IMG/VR virus record: IMGVR_UViG_3300042554_001855
Location: 1 to 64,000 of that record
DNA: 64,000 nucleotides
Source: an uncultured virus (IMG/VR IMGVR_UViG_3300042554_001855)
Lineage: Duplodnaviria > Heunggongvirae > Uroviricota > Caudoviricetes
Direction: 5' to 3' (one strand)
The translations under genes were made by a program, and so were the position numbers. Under the pieces are notes generated by a model that saw nothing but the letters and a program-made list of their open reading frames with translations, ran no database searches and had not been told where the DNA came from. Below are positions 56,000 through 64,000 of this stretch, piece by piece. How positions within the stretch are numbered: position 1 is the first letter of the stretch; the number at the start of each line of letters is the position of its first letter.

Positions 56000-58498
56000 T
56001 TACATGTGTGTATATCTAATGTGATTTATATTGCCTCTACCACCTTGTGATACAAGTCCTCCACAATATCCATTATTACCTGTATTACCATTTTGTGTCC
56101 CAAATACTTGACCAGTTCTAAGGTCTGCATAGAATCCATTCTTTGAAGCAGATGTTCCAGATACATCATAGAACCAGTTGCCCCATGCAGCATAAGGCTC
56201 ATACATATTATTTTTTAGTCGAAAGTTGGCATCAATTCTGTTTGGATCTTGGTCACCTCTTGCATTATAAGAATCATTTTGACAGTTGCCAGATACACCA
56301 TTATCAAATCCACCATGGAACCATTGACCAAGATTGTTCTTGGCTCTAGCAGCAAATGTTGAGTCATAACGATAAATTGCAACTTGAATGTGTGAACTGC
56401 TATGACCTTGATTAGAAGTCACAGACATTACATTTGTTGCGTTACTTCCATTATTAATTTGAACGTTTTGAAGTGTTGATTGATTGGTTGTACTGTTTTG
56501 AGAAATACTTAAATTATAATATCCATTATAACCACAAGAGTATAAAGTATTGTTGATAATCGAACTTCCCCTTGTGAGGTACATGAACATGTGACTGTTT
56601 CCACCTAGTTGCCAAACATCAATACAGTCAGTAAATGCAGTTCCTTGTCCTGTACCTTTGTTTCCTGATGTGCTAACAGGGTTTGATGCACCAGAGTACC
56701 CACTTGTTCTTACCTGAACAGGAACATATGTATTGAAGGTATGGTTGTGCCCTAGACCCCCATAACCATTATATCCCCAAGTAAAGACTGTGCCATTACC
56801 TTTGAGTAGAGCACAAGTTCCATGAGAACCACCACCGTTTATACTGAACTTTCTAACCCTACCGTTGGTTCCAGTTAATGTTCCAATATCATTGGCATCA
56901 ACACGAACGAGAACTGATTGGTTTGTTGTGTTTCCATTTCCAATTTGTCCATATCCATTGTATCCACATGCATACAAGTGGCCCAGATCAGTTAGAACAT
57001 ACAGTTGTCCATAGTTTCCACCAGTTGCCCAGATTGAAACAACTCTACCATAAACACCAGCACTAAAAGTAATCTGAGTTGGAACCTGTCTGTTAGTGGT
57101 ATCATTAAGACCTAATTGACCATAACCATTGTATCCCCATGACCAGATTTCTCTACTTCCGTCAGTGGGATTTTCAATCAGTGCATACATTGCATGGGAT
57201 TCGTTGTTATCTCCACCAGATGCAGCAGCAATACGAATTGCTCTCTTACCCCTCAAAGCAGTGGTTCCAGAAATATTAATATTGAAATATCCACATCTTA
57301 CTGGTTGTTGCGTGAAATTATTAGTATAGTTACCTCCACTATTTCCATTACCATTATATCCCATATAATGAACTTCGCCATTATTAAAAAGAACTAATGT
57401 ATTATATCCACCACTTTCAACTTGAATAACTTTTGGATATTCACCATCTGGAGTTGGTAAGACACCATCAAGATAATCAAGATTCACAAACTGAGCCATT
57501 GCCAACATATTATCGGTTGGACTCTGACCATCTGTGGAAGTGCCTCCAGATGTATAAACACTTTCTCCAATATTTACGAATTGATGTCTGCGATTTACAT
57601 ATCGCATATTGTATCTACACTGGTGCGTTCCATACGCCTTAGCAGGTCCAATACTATCACCCATTCCAACTAAAACTGTTCTTCCTGTTGCACCATCAGT
57701 TGAGTTAGTCGTGACGTTACAACCAAATGTTGGTAATGCACCACCACCATAAACACCAGTGTATCCTGTAACAGTTGTATCTACACTGATGGTTGGAGTT
57801 GAAGTATAACCACTTCCAGGATCAATAATATCACATTGAAAAACAGCTAGAGTTGCAGCATTAACATGGGCAACACCAACAAACCCACTTCCACCACCAC
57901 CAGAAGCAGTCAATCTTAACATAGCAGTGCTTGGACTTCCTGTTCTACCATTAACAGTATTTGTTTCTCTAATTAAAGACCCTGCAGTGTTGTAGAAAAC
58001 GGTATTGATTGTTCCAATAACTGACTGACTTCTTGCATTCCACAGTGGCTTGTAGGGTGGAGTATATCCCTCATTCATCCCCGCGAGGAATGCATTCTTT
58101 CGATACATTCCACCTTCAGATAATAATGCCCATTGAGTACCATCGTTTGTCAGTGGGTTATAGTTTGTATTTGCTTGCTTACAAATATAAGTATAGGTAT
58201 CATAGTATTTCCATATAGAGTTGTATGCATATTCTGGATATACAGTTACAATATCATTTAATTGATATGCCGTTCCAGAATTCCATTCGCCCCTTTCTCT
58301 TGTCAAACCAGAAAGTTTTTCCCAAATTGCTGAAGAAGCAACTCCTGGAACTTGAGAACCACTAGAGTTTGCTGTCTTACAAAGATATTGGGAACCAACA
58401 TAAGTTACGATATCATCTACGGTATATGATGATGAGGTATTATATTCACCTCTAACATTATACCTAACTTTTCCAATAATACTTGTTGTAATTGCCAT
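56000..58498 (-). CDS. RCC1-repeat protein
   Basis: IWSWGYNGYGQLG, LYACGYNGYGQIG, VFTWGYNGYGGLG. Confidence 0.8.
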   Translation of the reverse strand: MAITTSIIGKVRYNVRGEYNTSSSYTVDDIVTYVGSQYLCKTANSSGSQVPGVASSAIWEKLSGLTRERGEWNSGTAYQLNDIVTVYPEYAYNSIWKYYDTYTYICKQANTNYNPLTNDGTQWALLSEGGMYRKNAFLAGMNEGYTPPYKPLWNARSQSVIGTINTVFYNTAGSLIRETNTVNGRTGSPSTAMLRLTASGGGGSGFVGVAHVNAATLAVFQCDIIDPGSGYTSTPTISVDTTVTGYTGVYGGGALPTFGCNVTTNSTDGATGRTVLVGMGDSIGPAKAYGTHQCRYNMRYVNRRHQFVNIGESVYTSGGTSTDGQSPTDNMLAMAQFVNLDYLDGVLPTPDGEYPKVIQVESGGYNTLVLFNNGEVHYMGYNGNGNSGGNYTNNFTQQPVRCGYFNINISGTTALRGKRAIRIAAASGGDNNESHAMYALIENPTDGSREIWSWGYNGYGQLGLNDTTNRQVPTQITFSAGVYGRVVSIWATGGNYGQLYVLTDLGHLYACGYNGYGQIGNGNTTNQSVLVRVDANDIGTLTGTNGRVRKFSINGGGSHGTCALLKGNGTVFTWGYNGYGGLGHNHTFNTYVPVQVRTSGYSGASNPVSTSGNKGTGQGTAFTDCIDVWQLGGNSHMFMYLTRGSSIINNTLYSCGYNGYYNLSISQNSTTNQSTLQNVQINNGSNATNVMSVTSNQGHSSSHIQVAIYRYDSTFAARAKNNLGQWFHGGFDNGVSGNCQNDSYNARGDQDPNRIDANFRLKNNMYEPYAAWGNWFYDVSGTSASKNGFYADLRTGQVFGTQNGNTGNNGYCGGLVSQGGRGNINHIRYTHM

Positions 58499-58502
58499 AT
58501 TA

Positions 58503-61500
58503 TTATACCGCTGTCGTTACTTGTAAGTATCCAGTCGAACTGATGGACATTGATATGGATGCTGTAAGAGCAAAGAAATCGGCAAGGATTGGTGCTCTTG
58601 TATCACGAACAAGTGGGTTAGTGTCATTTGCTTCATAAGTATCAGAACCTGTAATTGCAGTCAATCTGAGGTTTCCATAATCAGAAACATCATTCTTATC
58701 AGTATTTATAGCCAAATAATGATAGGCGTTTGTGCCCGTATTATTTACCCAAACGGTTCCCGTTCCCGTTGAGGATAGAAGTTGTCCTGAAGTTCCTGCA
58801 CTGTTTGTTCCATCACGAAGTCTATTCTTGAGTTGGATATTTTGTTCAATAATAGTATCACCAGCATTATCCATGGTAACTGCAAGAGTTCCCCCTGGAG
58901 TTGTATTGCTTGTAATATCACTTGTGTTGTTTGTATAGAATCTAAATCTACCTCCAACTGCTGTTCTACCAGCAACAAGGTAGTTGTCACCATTATTTCC
59001 AAAAGCAATACCATTCCACCAGAAGGTTCCAGAGTAACTATTATCCGCTGAAGTATATGCGACTCTATGGAAAGATCCACCTACAGGTTGCCCAAAATTA
59101 CCAGAAGAAGTTAATAAACCAAGTGTTGTGTAAGAAAGTGATCTACCAGCAGATCCTGCAGCAGCATTATAGAATGTAAATCCTTGGTTGAATAGTAAAT
59201 ATGAGGAGGTATCGGTTCCTGGAGCAATATAAGATCCACTAGTTGTAGTATGCCTTACGTTATAACCAATACCACCATAAGAACCACCAGAATAACCAGC
59301 GACAAGACCACGACCTTCAGTGCCACCAGAACCTAAGTTAATATTGTAAGTTCCAGTGAAGTCATAGTGGTTTGATGCAGCAATGTTAGCAACACTCAAA
59401 ACATTAGTGCTTGCATTAAACGCAAATGCAGTCGCAGTTGATCTACTCTTAGGTGTTGCATTAGACCCAAGAGTTGAGACCATGACAGGATATAGAGTCG
59501 TGGTCGAAGTATCATCTATCGATAGAATTGCATTCGAAGGTCCAATTAGACCTTGAGTGCCCTGAGTTCCTTGAGTTCCATTATTACCTTGAATACCCTG
59601 AGGTCCTGTGGTCCCCTGAAAACCTTGAATTCCCTGCCGACCCTGAATACCTTGAGTCCCTTGAGGACCTGTAATTCCTTGGATACCTTGAGCACCAGTA
59701 ATACCCTGAGTACCCTGAACACCTTGAATACCTTGCGAACCCATAGGTCCAAAGGCAAGATTATTGAATGCAAGGTTTGAAGTATAAATTGAGCTATCAA
59801 GGAATAAAGCACTTCCTGGAGAGCGATTAACTTGTCTCAGTAGAGTTCCATTCAGATAATAGCGAACGGTTGTTCCATCATAAAGAACGTATGCAGTATC
59901 CGTAGCAGTGTATGTTCCTGACGAATAAACAGAAGTTCCACCCTCATAAATTGAGACTGTTCCATTATCAAAGTAGAAAGCATAATCAATCGATGAGAAA
60001 CTAGTATCAGTTGTTGGGTCTGAGTTAAGACCAAACATTGCAAAACCAGTTGTTGAAGATATTCTTGCGGTTGCATAGACACCAAGAACATATCCCTGAA
60101 CAGAATAGACTGAGGAATCCCAAGAAGCGTTTGTGCCACCAGTCTTTGTGAATGTTGAAGAGTCTGTAGTAGATTGAGTTACATTAACAAGAACAGGAGT
60201 CCAATCGGAACCACCACGAGTTCCAGTAATACCTTGTACTCCTTGAGAACCAGTGGTTCCTTGCGTTCCTTGAGAACCAGTGGTTCCTTGTGTTCCAGTT
60301 GTGCCTTGAATACCTTGCCTACCCTGAATACCTTGAGCACCCTGAGTTCCCAAAGTTCCAGAAATACCCTGAATACCCTGAGTACCTTGAGTTCCAGTCT
60401 GTCCCTGAATACCCTGAGTACCTTGAGTTCCAGTCTGTCCCTGAATACCCTGAGTTCCTTGAACTCCCTGGATTCCTTGACGACCTTGAACACCCTGAGC
60501 ACCAGTTGCACCATCAATACCCTGTCTGCCTTGTAATCCTTGAGAACCTTGGGTGCCATTTGCACCAGCAGTTCCTTGAGCACCTAAGACGCCTTGAATA
60601 CCCTGAACACCTTGATTTCCAAGTGTTCCCTGAACACCTTGAACACCCTGCTCACCAGTAGTTCCTTGTGTGCCTTGACGACCTTGAACACCTTGGAATC
60701 CTTGAGAACCATCAGTTCCCTGAGTACCTTGGCGACCTTGAACACCCTGAGCTCCAGTATCTCCAGTGATACCCTGAAGACCCTGGCGACCCTGAATACC
60801 TTGATCACCTTGAACACCTTGAACACCTTGAGTTCCTTGAATACCCTGACCACCAACTGTACCCTGAGTTCCAACTGTTCCTTGAGAACCTGTTACACCT
60901 TGGAATCCTTGAATACCTTGAGCTCCTGTGGTTCCTTGGGCACCTGTAATTCCCTGAACACCTTGCTCACCTTTAATACCTTGAGCACCCTGCTGACCAG
61001 TCGTTCCTTGGATGCCCTGAATACCCTGACCACCAGTGGTTCCTTGTGTTCCCTGCTGACCTACTGTACCTTGAGTACCTAATAGACCCTGAACACCTTG
61101 AACACCTTGAATACCTTGACGACCTTGAGTGCCTTGCTCACCTTGGATTCCTTGAGCCCCCTGTCTTCCTTGAACACCCTGGATACCTTGCTCACCTTGT
61201 GTCCCCTGAGTTCCCTGAACACCTTGTTCTCCAAAATTACCTTGAATACCCTGAATACCTTGACGACCTTGTGTGCCTTGGACACCTTGAATTCCTTGCT
61301 GACCAAGATCACCTGTTCTACTAAATTCTACAGAAAGTAGTTCATTGTTAGAAGGTAAAGTTCCAGAAATAAAGGTAACACCAATAGTATAGTAACCAGT
61401 ACTATTAGTTACTGAATCAATTTGCCATACATTAACTATTGTTCCAGTTGGAGAAGCTGATGTAATTACTAAGTATCCCTTGACAGTACTTGTTGAATCA

Positions 61501-64000
61501 TCCCAGATTCCATACCAACCAGTTTGTAAGTTTGAATAATAATCTTGGTTATCAATATAAATTGCATTTACTGATCCAATTGTTCCGCTGTTATACCTGA
61601 TGAATCCAGTGCCTGGGTCAGAATTTGTTGTAGTTGTACTAAATTGATAATTAACACCACCCTTGTTTCCAGAAATACCTTGGATACCTTGATATCCTTG
61701 AATACCTTGTGTCCCCTGTACTCCCTGCTCACCCTGAATGCCTTGAGTTCCTTGGTCTCCTACTGTTCCTTGAGTACCTTGGCGACCTTGAACACCCTGA
61801 ACACCTTGACGACCCTGAACACCTTGAGCACCATCAGTTCCTTGAGTACCTACATCACCCTGAATACCTTGGCGACCCTGAATACCTTGGCGACCCTGAA
61901 GACCTTGAGTTCCTTGTTCGCCTTGAAGACCCTGCTCACCTTGAGTTCCTTGAACACCCTGGATTCCCTGACGACCCTGAGTTCCTTGAATACCTTGAGT
62001 ACCCTGAATACCCTGAGTACCTTGCTCACCCTGAACGCCTTGGATGCCTTGAGTACCTTGAGTACCTTGAGTACCTTGAACACCTTGGATACCTTGACGA
62101 CCTTGAGTGCCTTGAACGCCCTGAACACCTTGAGCGCCAGTAATACCCTGAGTTCCTTGCTCACCCTGAATACCTTGAACACCTTGAGTACCTTGCTCAC
62201 CCTGAATACCTTGAACACCCTGAGTACCTTGGGTTCCTTGAGTGCCTTGGACACCCTGACGACCTTGAAGACCCTGCTGACCTTGAACGCCTTGAACACC
62301 CTGAACACCTTGAGTGCCTTGGACACCTTGAACACCCTGGCGACCTTGGAGAGCAACTTCTTCAATCAGCGACCAGGTTACTCCAACTCCTGTAGAGGTA
62401 AGAACTGAAGTCGTTGTTCCAACTTGATTAACAGTATCATAAAGTGGTCCCTTAAATGCAACTCCACTAAAGGCAGTAATTAATCCAGCAGAACTAAACT
62501 GTGAAGCATGTAATACTGTAGTTGTTGTAATTCCAAGAGTGCTGATTCCACTGACATTTACTCCAGTGAGTTTTGGAGTTTGAGCAACAGATACAATTCC
62601 CGAAGAAACCGTTAAATTAGTTGCATCAAATGCAGCAATACCTTTTGTAGTATCAGTTGCAAATGTATGAGTATTGCTTGTAATAACGCCAGTTACTCTT
62701 CCATAAGAATCAACATTAATTTGAGTAACAAAAGAAGTATCACCGCTTGTTAGTGAAGACTTAGAAGTTGCAACAGTTGCTAAATCAATATCGTCAGCAT
62801 TAACAACAATTCTTGATGTACTTGCTGTACCGACAGCCAGTTCAGTGACAAGACTATTATAAAGACCAGCACCAGCAAGAGTTTGAGTTGGAGCTGTGAA
62901 TTGTGTCCATTCTAATGCCGATGTACCAACACCGACATTACCCCTTGTGATATGAACCCAACCAGTGCCGCCATTAATTACACCATCACCAATGAATGTA
63001 AAGTCACCAGGAGCAATTTCAGCATCTTCATCATAATTTGCATCTCTGACTAATTCCCAAGAAGTAGATCCACTACCAGCTCTTGTGATGTTGTAAATAC
63101 CATTTTCAAATAAATTCGTTTGATCTTTAACAAGAATTCTTTCATCAAATATAGATGTAACACCATCAACTATAAGTGTTCCAATCCCAACACCCCACAG
63201 CTTTGCTCCAACTCCAGCAAAACCATTATCATAATATGAAGAAAGATTTGAAGTCGTTGCAACAGACACAGACTTCTGAATTGTAATCGCAGACTGGAAG
63301 TTGTCCAGATAGTTCTTCGTTACAAGTTCATTGGTTGCACTTGGAATGGTCTCAGTTGCAAAGAAACGATAACCATAAACATTACTTGAAATTCCAGCCT
63401 CACCATTTACGGTGAGGGTTCTGTTCATCACATTGGTTCCAACACCAACACGATTTGCTGCAGAATCATAAACAAGAGTTGCAGCACCAGCAAAAATTCC
63501 GTTATCATTATATTGGACTTGCTGGTTACTACCTGCAGCAGTGGTTGCCTGAACAGTGATTGTTGAAATATTTCCAGAAGAGCTGGCAGTAATTCCACTA
63601 CCAACGAAATTGACAATCGTTACAGCTCCAAGAGTTCCTACCTGAACACCTTCATCTTGAATTGTAATACCTGTGATTGCATTTGCAGGAGCACCATCTA
63701 CCCAATCAATGCCATCTGCAGTTGAGATAAGAACCTGACCACTTGTTCCAGCTTGATTATTCTTATCGTAAAGTGCTCCCTGAAGTCTGATTGCACCAGC
63801 AACATCTAAATGTCTAGATGGTAATGTTGTATTAATACCAACATAACCAGTCAAACCTTCAACGAATACATCATCATTTAAGTTGATATCAACATCAGAT
63901 CCATCTCCAAGTTTTACATAATCTTGTGCTCCTTCAAAAATATCAACTAATTGAACTCCACCAGCATTGATTCTGATTCTATCTTCCGTTAATCTAATAA
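58503..64000 (-). CDS. very large collagen-like tail fibre (5' end beyond the window)
   Basis: Frame is open to the window edge; three (G-X-Q)n tracts; RILVKDQT...ENGIY fibre motif. Confidence 0.85.
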   Translation of the reverse strand, partial: IRLTEDRIRINAGGVQLVDIFEGAQDYVKLGDGSDVDINLNDDVFVEGLTGYVGINTTLPSRHLDVAGAIRLQGALYDKNNQAGTSGQVLISTADGIDWVDGAPANAITGITIQDEGVQVGTLGAVTIVNFVGSGITASSSGNISTITVQATTAAGSNQQVQYNDNGIFAGAATLVYDSAANRVGVGTNVMNRTLTVNGEAGISSNVYGYRFFATETIPSATNELVTKNYLDNFQSAITIQKSVSVATTSNLSSYYDNGFAGVGAKLWGVGIGTLIVDGVTSIFDERILVKDQTNLFENGIYNITRAGSGSTSWELVRDANYDEDAEIAPGDFTFIGDGVINGGTGWVHITRGNVGVGTSALEWTQFTAPTQTLAGAGLYNSLVTELAVGTASTSRIVVNADDIDLATVATSKSSLTSGDTSFVTQINVDSYGRVTGVITSNTHTFATDTTKGIAAFDATNLTVSSGIVSVAQTPKLTGVNVSGISTLGITTTTVLHASQFSSAGLITAFSGVAFKGPLYDTVNQVGTTTSVLTSTGVGVTWSLIEEVALQGRQGVQGVQGTQGVQGVQGVQGQQGLQGRQGVQGTQGTQGTQGVQGIQGEQGTQGVQGIQGEQGTQGITGAQGVQGVQGTQGRQGIQGVQGTQGTQGTQGIQGVQGEQGTQGIQGTQGIQGTQGRQGIQGVQGTQGEQGLQGEQGTQGLQGRQGIQGRQGIQGDVGTQGTDGAQGVQGRQGVQGVQGRQGTQGTVGDQGTQGIQGEQGVQGTQGIQGYQGIQGISGNKGGVNYQFSTTTTNSDPGTGFIRYNSGTIGSVNAIYIDNQDYYSNLQTGWYGIWDDSTSTVKGYLVITSASPTGTIVNVWQIDSVTNSTGYYTIGVTFISGTLPSNNELLSVEFSRTGDLGQQGIQGVQGTQGRQGIQGIQGNFGEQGVQGTQGTQGEQGIQGVQGRQGAQGIQGEQGTQGRQGIQGVQGVQGLLGTQGTVGQQGTQGTTGGQGIQGIQGTTGQQGAQGIKGEQGVQGITGAQGTTGAQGIQGFQGVTGSQGTVGTQGTVGGQGIQGTQGVQGVQGDQGIQGRQGLQGITGDTGAQGVQGRQGTQGTDGSQGFQGVQGRQGTQGTTGEQGVQGVQGTLGNQGVQGIQGVLGAQGTAGANGTQGSQGLQGRQGIDGATGAQGVQGRQGIQGVQGTQGIQGQTGTQGTQGIQGQTGTQGTQGIQGISGTLGTQGAQGIQGRQGIQGTTGTQGTTGSQGTQGTTGSQGVQGITGTRGGSDWTPVLVNVTQSTTDSSTFTKTGGTNASWDSSVYSVQGYVLGVYATARISSTTGFAMFGLNSDPTTDTSFSSIDYAFYFDNGTVSIYEGGTSVYSSGTYTATDTAYVLYDGTTVRYYLNGTLLRQVNRSPGSALFLDSSIYTSNLAFNNLAFGPMGSQGIQGVQGTQGITGAQGIQGITGPQGTQGIQGRQGIQGFQGTTGPQGIQGNNGTQGTQGTQGLIGPSNAILSIDDTSTTTLYPVMVSTLGSNATPKSRSTATAFAFNASTNVLSVANIAASNHYDFTGTYNINLGSGGTEGRGLVAGYSGGSYGGIGYNVRHTTTSGSYIAPGTDTSSYLLFNQGFTFYNAAAGSAGRSLSYTTLGLLTSSGNFGQPVGGSFHRVAYTSADNSYSGTFWWNGIAFGNNGDNYLVAGRTAVGGRFRFYTNNTSDITSNTTPGGTLAVTMDNAGDTIIEQNIQLKNRLRDGTNSAGTSGQLLSSTGTGTVWVNNTGTNAYHYLAINTDKNDVSDYGNLRLTAITGSDTYEANDTNPLVRDTRAPILADFFALTASISMSISSTGYLQVTTAV
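59550..62350 (-). repeat. three collagen-like 9-bp repeat tracts (~59550-59740, ~60230-61305, ~61670-62350)
   Basis: QGTQG/QGIQG/QGVQG translation. Confidence 0.9.

Noticed and set aside
59546..62408. Many overlapping repeat ORFs (TLN, EYP, KVF) and a possible CRISPR-like periodicity
   Set aside because: Coding collagen repeat; no constant repeat with unique spacers

Overview
A 64 kb piece of a large T4-like cyanomyovirus genome. Gene content suggests a phage of picocyanobacteria, probably freshwater (inference). It is almost all minus-strand and runs as follows: a shuffled block of small hypothetical genes with cpeT, a 2OG-Fe(II) oxygenase and an SF2 helicase (1-8.9 kb); large tail-fibre genes, three tRNA genes (two atypical) and a collagen-like fibre (9-26 kb); the T4 baseplate/tail module (gp5, gp27-like, gp51, gp26, gp4, gp48, gp53); replication and transcription genes (gp32, gp59, gp33, exonuclease, phoH, thyX); a small nitrogen-regulated operon; a glycan-modification cluster; three RCC1-repeat paralogues; and a 5'-truncated collagen-like fibre. 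The best candidate for a new system is at 43.7-44.6 kb: two tandem glutamine-riboswitch-like aptamers, each with a whole small ORF nested in its P2 loop and its ATG in the P2 stem, behind an NtcA box and ahead of a DUF4278-like gene. Other highlights: a probable -1 frameshift fusing gp26 to gp51, a nuclease-less insertion that replaced the gp59 3' end, and a non-canonical UAU tRNA. All calls come from reading the sequence; no searches were run.
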